Below the pieces are notes generated by a model that was not told the DNA's origin, made no database searches, and saw only the letters and a program-made list of their open reading frames with translations. Position numbers and translations under genes: made by a program. DNA of 64,000 bases from Nitrospirota bacterium. GTDB taxonomy: Bacteria > Nitrospirota > Nitrospiria > 2-01-FULL-66-17. The DNA lies in the NCBI GenBank assembly GCA_049325335.1, contig JBMOMC010000043.1:66202-130201 (forward strand). The letters run 5' to 3'. Below are positions 41,033 to 49,856 of this stretch, piece by piece (positions within the stretch are counted from its first letter, which is position 1; each line of letters begins with the position of its first letter).

Positions 41033-41286
41033 TGGCGAACGGGGACCGGCTGGTCAAGGCGGGCGCAATCGGTGCGATCATTGCGGCGCTCTGCTGTTTC
41101 ACTCCGCTGCTGGTCATCCTGCTGGCTGCCGTTGGTCTGACCGCGTTCTCGGGCTACCTCGACGCTGTGCTGTTCTCCGCGCTCGCGATCTGCGTGGCGA
41201 TCCTGATCTGCGGCCTGATCCTCCAGCACCGCGCCCGCGCGGCCTGCTGCCCTCAGGATCACCGGCAGTCGGAAGGGCCTCGATGA
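41032..41286 (+). CDS. merF: Mercury transport protein MerF
   Basis: IAALCCFTPLLVILL..VGL....GYLD.VL, C-terminal CC. Confidence 0.88.
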   Translation: MANGDRLVKAGAIGAIIAALCCFTPLLVILLAAVGLTAFSGYLDAVLFSALAICVAILICGLILQHRARAACCPQDHRQSEGPR

Positions 41287-41636
41287 GCCGCGGCTGGACC
41301 GCCGGCGGCCTTCTGTCCGCCGCGCTGTCTTCGATCTGTTGCACAGGGCCGCTGCTCTTCTCGGTGCTGGGCGTGGGCGCCGGCGCCACGGGATTTCTGG
41401 GCGAATCGGCGCGGTTCGCCGCGGCCCTCGCGCCGTACCGGCTCTTCTTTATCGCGCTGGCGGTAGTCTTTCTGGCCCTGGGATTCCGCTCGGTCTATCG
41501 ACAGCAACGGGCCTGCGCTCCCGGTTCCGGCTGCGCGCCGGCTCGGCTCAAACACACCAAAGCCTTGCTGTGGGTGGCTACGTTCATCATCGTGGCGTTC
41601 GCGCTCGCTCCCTTCTGGTTGGCTATCGGGTCTTGA
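41283..41636 (+). CDS. merT: MerT-like mercuric transport protein
   Basis: SICC.GPL, PYR..F, second Cys pair CAPGSGC, three TM helices. Confidence 0.85.
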   Translation: MSRGWTAGGLLSAALSSICCTGPLLFSVLGVGAGATGFLGESARFAAALAPYRLFFIALAVVFLALGFRSVYRQQRACAPGSGCAPARLKHTKALLWVATFIIVAFALAPFWLAIGS

Positions 41637-41655
41637 TCGTGAAAGGAGGCGTGTG

Positions 41656-42009
41656 ATGCGTGCAATTCAACAGACGGCGCATGCCGTGGTGATGCTCTTC
41701 GCCGTGGCCGCGGGATTGACGACCGTTCCCTCGCTCGCCTGGGCTGCTGACGCAGCCCCAAGCGAGCCGTCCACGCAGGTGACCCTTGAAGTGGACGGCA
41801 TGGAGTGCCGGAGCTGCGTGAAGGACATCCGGAAGGCATTGCTGCGCGTGCCGGGCGTCTCGTCCGCGGATGTCCGATTCAAGGAGGGACGCGCGGTGGT
41901 GCGATACGATCCCCGGAAAGCCGGGGAACAGGATCTGGTGCGCGCAGTGGAGTCGGCGAGCAACGCGATATATACGTACCGGGCCAGGGTGCTGGCCCAG
42001 GGAGGCTGA
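41656..42009 (+). CDS. merP: Periplasmic heavy-metal-binding (HMA/MerP-like) protein
   Basis: Signal peptide plus GMECRSC; AAAGGAGG RBS. Confidence 0.78.
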   Translation: MRAIQQTAHAVVMLFAVAAGLTTVPSLAWAADAAPSEPSTQVTLEVDGMECRSCVKDIRKALLRVPGVSSADVRFKEGRAVVRYDPRKAGEQDLVRAVESASNAIYTYRARVLAQGG

Positions 42010-42023
42010 TCGTGGCCCGGAAT

Positions 42024-42716
42024 ATGAGTTGGCAGGTGAATAGCATGGCCAGCCTGGCCAACGAGGTGGCCAGCTGGTTTCCGAAGCTCTCCAACGAGGA
42101 ACAGCAGCTCTCGATTCATCTCTATCGGCTGCTGGCCCAAGGCAGCCCGGTGGCGCCGGAACAGCTCGCGGCGCGACTGGATCTGCCGCCGGAGCGGGTG
42201 CGGCAGACGCTCCTGGGGTGGCCCGGGGTCTTCTACGACGAGCGCGAACGCGTCATCGGCTACTGGGGCCTCGCGCTTCCCGAGATGGCCCATCGGTTTA
42301 TCGTCAACGGCCGGACGCTCTATACCTGGTGCGCCTGGGACAGCCTCTTCCTTCCTGAGCTAATCGGGGAAACGGCTCGCGTGGAATCGACCTGCCCCGT
42401 GACCGGCCACGTGGTCCGGCTGGTGGTCTCCCCACAGCAGATCATTGAGACGGACCCCGTGGGTGCGGTGATGTCGTTTCTCACGCCGGAGGCGGCCCGG
42501 GTTCAAGAGGACGTGATCACCCATTTCTGCCACTTTGTTCATTTCTTTCGTTCGGACGAGGCTGGTCAGCAATGGGTATCCGAACACGAGGGGACCTTTC
42601 TGCTCTCAATGCCGGACGCGTTCACCCTGGCGCGACGGAAGAACGCGATTCGATATCCGGATACCGGCTTGATCGCCGGGAACCTAAACCGAGGCGCGCA
42701 TGTCCAAGATCGCTGA
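42024..42716 (+). CDS. merB: Organomercurial lyase MerB
   Basis: LYTWCAWDSLF (catalytic Cys/Asp), S.CPVTG, FCHFVHFF. Confidence 0.9.
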   Translation: MSWQVNSMASLANEVASWFPKLSNEEQQLSIHLYRLLAQGSPVAPEQLAARLDLPPERVRQTLLGWPGVFYDERERVIGYWGLALPEMAHRFIVNGRTLYTWCAWDSLFLPELIGETARVESTCPVTGHVVRLVVSPQQIIETDPVGAVMSFLTPEAARVQEDVITHFCHFVHFFRSDEAGQQWVSEHEGTFLLSMPDAFTLARRKNAIRYPDTGLIAGNLNRGAHVQDR

Positions 42717-43074
42717 AACCCCTGAGGCGGAATCATCCCTCTTTGCGGAGATGCGAAGGCTCAGCCCGAAGGTCACGGGAGGCATCCTGCGGGCGCGGGA
42801 GGCCTCCTATGAAGACGGAGCCGTGGCCGGCAAGTACAAGCTGCTGACCGCGCTGGCCATCTCGATCGCCATCCGGTGCGAGCCCTGTATCCGGGCCTAC
42901 GTGAAATCGGCCGTGCAACGAGGGGCGACGAAAGACGAACTGATCGAATTTTTGAACGTCGCGATGACCATGCAGGGCTGCCCCGGCGAAGAGTGGGCGA
43001 TCAAGGCGTATGCGGCCTACAAAGAGCTGACCGCGGGCAACGCCCACACGACCGACGGGACGTCCTGCTGTTGA
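42700..43074 (+). CDS. Carboxymuconolactone decarboxylase / AhpD-family protein
   Basis: K.K.L.ALAISIAIRCEPCI..Y...A...GAT..E; ends in SCC. Confidence 0.85.
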   Translation: MSKIAETPEAESSLFAEMRRLSPKVTGGILRAREASYEDGAVAGKYKLLTALAISIAIRCEPCIRAYVKSAVQRGATKDELIEFLNVAMTMQGCPGEEWAIKAYAAYKELTAGNAHTTDGTSCC

Positions 43075-43116
43075 GGTGACCCCAGGACCCGATAGCGGAC
43101 CCGATAGGGAGCCGAT

Positions 43117-44200
43117 AGGGGACGTTCCTAAGTAATTAAGTAATTTTTTCTTTACACGGTCTTGGTGAACATGTTATAGCGTCGGCCATGCCACGCGGGC
43201 CGCGTCTCGATGCTCCGGGAGTGGTGCACCATGTGATGGCGCGGGGCATTGAGCAAGGCAACATTTTCCGGAGCGACGAGGATCGCAGTGATTTTGTCCG
43301 GCGACTGGCCCGTCTGCTGCCGGACACTCAGACCACGTGTTTGGCGTGGTGCCTCCTCTCCAACCATCTCCATTTAGTCCTGCGCTCAGGACCCCAGGGC
43401 TTGGCGCACCTGATGCGCCGGCTATTGACTGGGTACGCGGGCGCGTTTAATCGCCGCTACGGCCGCGCGGGACATCTCTTTCAGAACCGCTATCGCTCCC
43501 TTATCTGCGAGGAAGATCTCTACCTGCTGGTATTGGTGCGGTATGTCCATTTGAATCCCATACGCGCAGGCCTTGTGCTGAGCGTCAAGGCATTGGCCGA
43601 CTACCCGTGGTGCGGGCACGGCGCGTTGGTGGGAAGAGGCCGTCACGCGTGGCAGGAGACTGCGGAGGTTCTGGAGCGATTTGGTCAGGAGGCTGAGCAG
43701 GCGGGTCGGGCCTATGTCAGCTTTGTCGCGGAGGGGTTGGAGCAGGAGCAAACCCCGGAACGGCGCACTGGAGCGAGCGGCCGAGAACTTACGCGCGTGA
43801 TCAAGGAAGCGACAGCTCGCTCGACTGATGGGGTGGGCTCAACGACGATCTTGGGAAGTCCAGAGTTTACGGTGAACCTCCGTTCACAGCTAAAACAGGC
43901 CACTAGGCGAGAGTCGGTCGACTGTCAGACCGTGGTGGACGAGGTGTGCCGCGTGTTAGGGCTCTCGCCGAAGGCTCTGGCATCGCGGCGCCGCACGCGG
44001 CCGCTCTCCAATGGACGCGCCGTGGTTGCGTACGTGGCACGCACGCGGTATCACATCTCGTGCGCAGACCTTGCCGACGCACTGGGCACGAGCGCGCCCG
44101 CCATCACATTGGCCGAGCGTCGAGGCGCCAGACTGGTGATGCAACGGATAGACTTGAGAACAGGTCTCAAAAATTACTTAATTAGTTAGGAACGTCCCCT
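43117..44200. mobile_element. RAYT-type element bounded by 32-bp inverted repeats
   Basis: 43117-43148 AGGGGACGTTCCTAAGTAATTAAGTAATTTTT matches the reverse complement of 44169-44200 with 1 mismatch. Confidence 0.75.
43188..44189 (+). CDS. REP-associated tyrosine (Y1 HUH) transposase with C-terminal HTH
   Basis: MPR.PR...PG..HHV..RG, NHLHL (HUH), GHLFQNRY.S, RYVHLNP. Confidence 0.9.
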   Translation: MPRGPRLDAPGVVHHVMARGIEQGNIFRSDEDRSDFVRRLARLLPDTQTTCLAWCLLSNHLHLVLRSGPQGLAHLMRRLLTGYAGAFNRRYGRAGHLFQNRYRSLICEEDLYLLVLVRYVHLNPIRAGLVLSVKALADYPWCGHGALVGRGRHAWQETAEVLERFGQEAEQAGRAYVSFVAEGLEQEQTPERRTGASGRELTRVIKEATARSTDGVGSTTILGSPEFTVNLRSQLKQATRRESVDCQTVVDEVCRVLGLSPKALASRRRTRPLSNGRAVVAYVARTRYHISCADLADALGTSAPAITLAERRGARLVMQRIDLRTGLKNYLIS

Positions 44201-44230
44201 TTGTGTGTGTGGGGGGGGCAGGGGGTTGTA

Positions 44231-44734
44231 GTGTCCAAGGTTGGGTTCGACAGCCCTTTACTTGATAAGACGTACGCCGCGTTCCTTGGCGGTCCGGTGG
44301 CGATCAATGTGGCGTCGTGCGACGCGAAGTGTATGCCATCGGTCGCTCGCGGGTATGGTTGCCGGATCTCCAGTGACCGGCGGCGCGTCACGGTCTTTCT
44401 CTCGGTGTCTCAGGCCTCGCCGTTGCTGCGTGATCTGCGTGCGGGTCGACCGGTTGCGGTTGTGTTCACTCGGCCCAAGACGCACCAGACTATTCAACTC
44501 AAAGGCACCGACGCCAAGGTCGCGCCGCTGGGCCGTGGGGATCGCGCGATCATGACCGCGTATGCCGAGGCGTTCGCGGTAGAAGTCGGCGCGCTTGGGT
44601 TCACGGACTGCTTTTCGTCTGCGATCGTGTCCGGTACAAGCGAAGCGGCGGTGGGGGTGACGTTTACCCCCACCGCCGCGTTCGTGCAGACCCCGGGGCC
44701 GACCGCGGGTCAGCGTTTGGAGCCCAAGCCGTGA
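44231..44734 (+). CDS. Pyridoxamine 5'-phosphate oxidase-like (split-barrel) protein (start uncertain)
   Basis: PSVARGYGCR, AVVFT.P.TH.TIQLKG, F.QTPGP.AG. Confidence 0.7.
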   Translation: MSKVGFDSPLLDKTYAAFLGGPVAINVASCDAKCMPSVARGYGCRISSDRRRVTVFLSVSQASPLLRDLRAGRPVAVVFTRPKTHQTIQLKGTDAKVAPLGRGDRAIMTAYAEAFAVEVGALGFTDCFSSAIVSGTSEAAVGVTFTPTAAFVQTPGPTAGQRLEPKP

Positions 44735-46074
44735 TCGCGCGGTTGGGGGATCTGCGCAACTGCTTTGAGGGCGCGGTGCCGTCGGCGTTCGCCACGTGTT
44801 CCAAGGATGGCACGCCGAACGTGGCGTATCTGTCGCAGGTGCATTATGTGGACGGCGACCACGTGGCGTTGACGTATCAGTTTTTCAACACCACACGCAA
44901 GAACATCTTGGCCAACCGGCGCGCGACCGTGCAGGTGGTGGACCCGGACACGGCCGCCCACTACCGCCTGCACCTCGAGTACTTGCGCACCGAAACCGAG
45001 GGGCCGTTGTTCGAGAACATGAAGGCCAAGCTCGCCGGCATTGCCTCGCACACCGGCATGAGCAAGGTGTTCCGGTTGCTTGGTTCGGACATCTACAAGG
45101 TGCTGAAGATCGACCACGTGTTTGGCGAACCCGCACTCGATGCCTCGCGGAGCCAATGTCTGCTCTCGTCCCTTCGGACCTGTCTGACGGAGGTGGGCCG
45201 GTGCGGGGACCTGGCGCGGCTGTTCGACGAGGCGCTGGAAGCGCTCGAACGGAATTTCGACATTCGGCACGTGATGCTGCTTATACATGACGAGCGCCGG
45301 AACCGGCTGTATACCGTGGCCACGCGCGGTTATCAGCAATCAGGCGTGGGATCGGAGATTTGCGTGGGCGAAGGCATTATCGGCGTGGCCGCGCGCGAGC
45401 GCACGCCGATCCGCATCGGGTATGTGGCGAACGAATACCTGTACGGCCGCGTGGCGCGCGAGGGGTTTGCCCAGAGTGGCGGGGTGGATGCGCTTGAAAC
45501 CGAAATTCCCTTCCCCGGTTTGCGCAATTCGAGCAGTCAACTCGCCGTGCCGTTGACGCGCGACACGCGTCTGCTGGGTGTGCTCTACATGGAAAGCCCG
45601 CAGGAGCGGCGGTTCACCTATGAGGACGAGGACGCATTGGCGGTGCTGGCAAGCCAATTGGCCTTGTTGATCGAGGTCTTGTCCGAGGCTCCCGAGCCGC
45701 AGGACGAACCCGCGATGGCTGCGACGCCCGCGCCGGTGCAAGGCGCACCGGTGGCGATCCAGCATTTTGCCGCGGACCACAGCGTGTTCATCGACAATGA
45801 ATACCTTATTAAAGGCGTTGCCGGTGCGATCCTGCGTAAACTGGTGGGTGACTACGTTGAAGCCGGCAGAACCGAGTTCACCAACCGCGAGCTGCGGCTC
45901 GATTGCACGCTGGGGCTGCCGGACATCACGGACAATCTGGAGGCCCGGCTGATTCTCCTACAACGTCGGCTGGCCGAGCATTGCAAGTTCCTGGGTCTTG
46001 AAAAGACCGGGCGCGGCCGCTTCCGCCTGAACGTGTCACGGCCCCTGCGGCTCACGGACGCGCCCGGTCGCTGA
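44731..46074 (+). CDS. PNPOx-GAF-(winged HTH) putative transcriptional regulator
   Basis: ATCS.DG.PNV.YLSQV (PNPOx), GEG.IG / LAVPL / GVLY.ES (GAF), C-terminal FTNRELR..NLEARLILL.RRL..GRGRF. Confidence 0.78.
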   Translation: MIARLGDLRNCFEGAVPSAFATCSKDGTPNVAYLSQVHYVDGDHVALTYQFFNTTRKNILANRRATVQVVDPDTAAHYRLHLEYLRTETEGPLFENMKAKLAGIASHTGMSKVFRLLGSDIYKVLKIDHVFGEPALDASRSQCLLSSLRTCLTEVGRCGDLARLFDEALEALERNFDIRHVMLLIHDERRNRLYTVATRGYQQSGVGSEICVGEGIIGVAARERTPIRIGYVANEYLYGRVAREGFAQSGGVDALETEIPFPGLRNSSSQLAVPLTRDTRLLGVLYMESPQERRFTYEDEDALAVLASQLALLIEVLSEAPEPQDEPAMAATPAPVQGAPVAIQHFAADHSVFIDNEYLIKGVAGAILRKLVGDYVEAGRTEFTNRELRLDCTLGLPDITDNLEARLILLQRRLAEHCKFLGLEKTGRGRFRLNVSRPLRLTDAPGR

Positions 46075-46091
46075 TCAGCGGTTCGGCGCGA

Positions 46092-46598
46092 TTACCTTCC
46101 CGCCTGCTTAGGCAGGTTTTTGGGAAAGAATTCGATATACGGCGTCGTGACGGCCACGCCTGGTCCCACCGCGTCGGGCGCCGGCTCCCCCTTCGGGCCA
46201 AGCGAGCGAATGAAACTGTAGACAGCGATCAGATCGCTGTCGGTCATGTCTCGGAGATTGAACCAGGGCATGGGCGGACCCATGGGTTTGCGGACCCGCG
46301 CGAGCCACTGCTCCTCGGAGATGTTCTGCATATAGAGTCGCAGATTCTTGGGATAATTCGTGCCCCACGGTCCCTGAAACCCGATCGGGTTGCCGGTGAG
46401 CCACCGCTCCTGCGGGATCATGCCGGCCGCCTCGGGGAAGCCGGGGGTGTGGCAGTCGTTGCATCCCCCGATCCAAACAAGGTACCGGCCGCGGTCAAGG
46501 ACCGCTTGGTCCACCGCCGCCGGCGCCCCGGCCAAAGCGTTGTAGGTTAGGAATGCGATGGCTGACAAAACAATGGAACTGATGAGACGGATCTTCAT
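46092..46598 (-). CDS. Exported monoheme cytochrome c
   Basis: Signal peptide, RGRYLV..GGCNDCHTPG, GPWG, PPMPW; AGGAGG RBS. Confidence 0.9.
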   Translation of the reverse strand: MKIRLISSIVLSAIAFLTYNALAGAPAAVDQAVLDRGRYLVWIGGCNDCHTPGFPEAAGMIPQERWLTGNPIGFQGPWGTNYPKNLRLYMQNISEEQWLARVRKPMGPPMPWFNLRDMTDSDLIAVYSFIRSLGPKGEPAPDAVGPGVAVTTPYIEFFPKNLPKQAGR

Positions 46599-46670
46599 GG
46601 TGTGTCCTCCTTCGGTTGAGGGTTAGCCTTCATGCAGGGCCTAGCATACGCCGCTTGCCGAGGACGCGTT

Positions 46671-46712
46671 CTTAAATGATGCCTAGGAAATTCTTAAGAA
46701 TTTCGTAAACGG
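46671..46712. promoter_or_regulatory. Candidate operator: 18-bp palindrome within roughly 11-bp phased repeats
   Basis: GAAATTCTTAAGAATTTC at 46687-46704, upstream of the cytochrome c gene. Confidence 0.6.
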
Positions 46713-46851
46713 CAGGAATCTGGCGGAGATGGAGCAAAAATCAGTGACAACCGATATGATCCGATCACACTGGAACCACGTGTTGGATTCGCCTTGGCAC
46801 AGAGGTACTCGAAGTTTCGGATGATCAGGCGACTGAACGAGGTGAGGAGCG

Positions 46852-47316
46852 ATGGACACTGATGTCTCGCGACGCGGCCATGAAGTCACCCGCTGGAGCG
46901 GACAGCCGGCGTGGAGCCAGTATGTGTTTCTCTGGTTCATCACGGTGGTGTTTGGTGTTCGGGCCGGTCTGTCGGTGTGGTGGGGGCAGTGGGGGATCGT
47001 GGCGATCCACGTGGCGGGCATGGCCGTGTTCGTGGGCCTGGCGCAGTTCTTTCGGCGTACGACACGATACACACTCACCCAAGAGGCGATCTACCGGACG
47101 ACCGGTATAGTCGGTCGAACGCAAGCGCGGTTGCCGTTGTCCGAGGTGGAGTCGGTGAGCGTGGGACAGAGTCGGTTGGACCAACTGCTCGGCATCGGCA
47201 CGGTGTTGCTTCACCGCGAGAACGGGACTTCCGAGCGCCTCGATGGTCTTCGCGATCCCGAGGTGATCCAGCGCAAGGTCGATGCGCTGCTCAAGAGCCC
47301 GCGGGCGCGCTCTTGA
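46852..47316 (+). CDS. Bacterial PH-domain membrane protein
   Basis: Two TM segments, Y.LT...I....GI, Q..L..LLG.GTV. Confidence 0.75.
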   Translation: MDTDVSRRGHEVTRWSGQPAWSQYVFLWFITVVFGVRAGLSVWWGQWGIVAIHVAGMAVFVGLAQFFRRTTRYTLTQEAIYRTTGIVGRTQARLPLSEVESVSVGQSRLDQLLGIGTVLLHRENGTSERLDGLRDPEVIQRKVDALLKSPRARS

Positions 47317-47342
47317 GAACAGGTGGTCGTCGCATCGGCCGC

Positions 47343-48272
47343 TTAAAACGCGACCGCTCCGAGGATGCCGCCGCCGGCTGCGTGGTGTTTGCTCTGGCGT
47401 GAATACGTGACGGAGTGCGCGGAGACCGCGATCCCCCAACGGGCTGCGGTGTACCGCACGCCGGCGATGAGCGTGATGGAGTCGTCATACGTGGGCGCGC
47501 GGTCGCCGCGAAAGTAGGTTCCCGCCGCTTCCAGGGTCACGGCGTACCGGCCGTCCGCGCCGCGTCCGAACAGGCCGGTATCGCGATCAAACAACCCGCC
47601 CATCTCTTTCGGCAGCAACACGTGAGCGCCGACGGCGTACAACAGGATTTCATCTCGTTCCACCCGCAATTGATCCTTGAGCAATGCGCCGAGGTTCCCG
47701 GTGACGGTGACGGCCTCGGCCCAGGGTGAGCGTAGGGCTCTGGTGGATTGCAGCGCGACCGCGAATCGATACGCATCGTGCGTGACGGTGTTCACCGAGC
47801 GATCTCGGGCCGCGGTAGCGGCCACGTAGGATGCGGATACGGCCACGGCGGGCCGTTGCGGGCCCGCGTTCCACACGCGCTGTTTGAGCGAGAGGCCGAG
47901 ATCGCCGCGTCCGCCGGTCCCGCCGCGGTCTTCCGGCGTGAGTTGGACGTAGGGCGCCATGACCGCGATCTCGGCGTCGCGGGCCAATCCGAGGGCCAGG
48001 GTTCCGCGCGCGAGTCTGGCGGTGCCGCTGTCCGCGCCTGGTTCATCCAGGCCGTCGAGGGGATTGCCGCTGCCGCCGTTTGTGCTCATCACGTGGAGCC
48101 CGATCCGCCGCGCGCCATGGGCGAGGACGTCGGTTGCCTCGGTCAGCGTGGCGCCGGTCAACCCCCACACCGTGGAGGAGCACATGCACGGCGTCTGCGC
48201 CGCACGTGCGGGCGCGGGCATCGCGACGCTCGCGACGATCAGCGCGATGAGCCAGGAGCGTTGAGAGAACAT
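47343..48272 (-). CDS. Putative outer-membrane beta-barrel (transporter-like) protein
   Basis: Signal peptide, G.GD..L..K motif, terminal Phe. Confidence 0.6.
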   Translation of the reverse strand: MFSQRSWLIALIVASVAMPAPARAAQTPCMCSSTVWGLTGATLTEATDVLAHGARRIGLHVMSTNGGSGNPLDGLDEPGADSGTARLARGTLALGLARDAEIAVMAPYVQLTPEDRGGTGGRGDLGLSLKQRVWNAGPQRPAVAVSASYVAATAARDRSVNTVTHDAYRFAVALQSTRALRSPWAEAVTVTGNLGALLKDQLRVERDEILLYAVGAHVLLPKEMGGLFDRDTGLFGRGADGRYAVTLEAAGTYFRGDRAPTYDDSITLIAGVRYTAARWGIAVSAHSVTYSRQSKHHAAGGGILGAVAF

Positions 48273-48511
48273 GACACCCGACATGCCGATGCGGTCATCG
48301 AATGAGCCCGAACACCTTGATGGCGATGCGTTCGTTAAGCGTACCGTCTTTGCGATGATGCGCAAGCCGGAGGAGCGCTCTGACCGGCGGCGCATGGGTC
48401 GGTTGCGGATCACGAACCGTCGCGGCCGGCTTTACTCGCGCGGGGACGCCGTGTTAGCCTCGCGCGAAACGGCACGGTTCGAGCACGGTCTGTCCACCCC
48501 GAGGACTGGTG

Positions 48512-49216
48512 ATGACCAAAACCGGTAATCATCGGCGCACGTGCGCCATTTGCGGCAAGACGTTCCCGCCGCGCGACGTGGTCAACGGGGCGTTTATTCG
48601 CGACGCGGTGGTCGACGAGATTCGGCGCGACCATCCCGGGTGGTCTCCCGAGAGCGTCATCTGTCGGCCGGATCTGACCATCTACCGTACCAAATACGTG
48701 CAGGCCATTCTGGCGTCTGAGAAGGGCGAGGTGACCTCGCTGGAGCAGGAGGTGCTCCACAGCCTGCGCGAGCACGACATTCTCGCCACGAACGTGGACA
48801 TGGAGTTTGAGCGCGAGTGGTCGTTCGGCGAGCGGATGGCGGATCGCATCGCGACCTTCGGCGGGAGCTGGATGTTCCTGATGTGCTTCGGCCTGTTCGT
48901 GGCGCTCTGGATCACGATGAACTCCCTCGTGCTCCTCTGGCGACCTGCTGATCCGTATCCCTTCATCCTGTTGAACCTGGTGCTGTCGTGTTTGGCCGCG
49001 ATTCAGGCGCCGATCATCATGATGAGCCAGAATCGGCAAGAGGTGAAGGATCGCCTGCGCTCGCAGCACGACTACCAGGTCAATCTGAAGGCTGAATTGG
49101 AAATTCGGCACTTACACGAAAAGGTCGATCATCTGTTGTCGCACCAATGGGAGCGCCTGGTGCAGATTCAGGAGATTCAGCTCGAACTGTTGGCGGAACT
49201 CGACCGGCGGCGATAA
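48512..49216 (+). CDS. DUF1003 membrane protein
   Basis: FGGSW.F, DPYPFILLNL.LS..AA.QAP.IMMSQNRQ. Confidence 0.92.
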   Translation: MTKTGNHRRTCAICGKTFPPRDVVNGAFIRDAVVDEIRRDHPGWSPESVICRPDLTIYRTKYVQAILASEKGEVTSLEQEVLHSLREHDILATNVDMEFEREWSFGERMADRIATFGGSWMFLMCFGLFVALWITMNSLVLLWRPADPYPFILLNLVLSCLAAIQAPIIMMSQNRQEVKDRLRSQHDYQVNLKAELEIRHLHEKVDHLLSHQWERLVQIQEIQLELLAELDRRR

Positions 49217-49314
49217 CCAGTAGGCGATCGGGCGGCCGCTGGGGACCATGACCCGTCGTGCTACCATGCGGCGCGCCGCATTCGGCGATCGGGAAGCATC
49301 TCACCGGGGGAGGC

Positions 49315-49804
49315 ATGATGATCACGGAAGTCAGGGGGGGATATCTTGCTCAGCACCGCGGCGGTGGCCCACGGGGTCGCGCCGAACGACAGCTTTGCCA
49401 GCGGGTTGGCGCTCGCGTTGCGCACGCGTTGGCCCGGGATGTACAAGGACTTTCGGCACTACTGCCAGGTCTCGTCCCCCAAAACGGGCGCGCTGTGGGT
49501 CTGATCCGGGGCCGGGGGCGTTCGAATCGTGAGCCTCTTGACCCAGGATCCGCCGCCCGCGCATGGTGAGAACCCCGGCAAAGCCCGTCTGGAGTCGGTG
49601 AACCATTGTCTCAGAGCGCTTCGCAAGGCGATCGACAGCGAGAAATTGACCAGCCTCGCGCTCCCGCGGCTGGCCACGGGCGTGGGCGGGTTGGACTGGA
49701 AGGACGTGCAGCCGTTGATCGAAAAACACCTAGGCGACGCATTGATTCCGATCTTCGTCTACTCCACGTACCAACCCAACGTGAAAGCCCGTGAGGTGGG
49801 ATGA
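49315..49804 (+). pseudogene. Macro-domain (Appr-1-p processing) protein, disrupted by a G7 frameshift and an in-frame TGA
   Basis: MITEVR-[G7]-DILL..HGVAPND.F.SGLA..L...WP.MYKDFRHYC..LWV-TGA-SGAGG..LALPRLATGVGGLDW. Confidence 0.8.
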
Positions 49805-49856
49805 GCGCGACGTAGCCGACTGATGCGGACCCTCCGATCCATACCCCGCCGCCCGC

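Noticed and set aside
49502..49504. In-frame TGA as selenocysteine
   Set aside because: Position fits Trp rather than Cys, and the gene is also frameshifted
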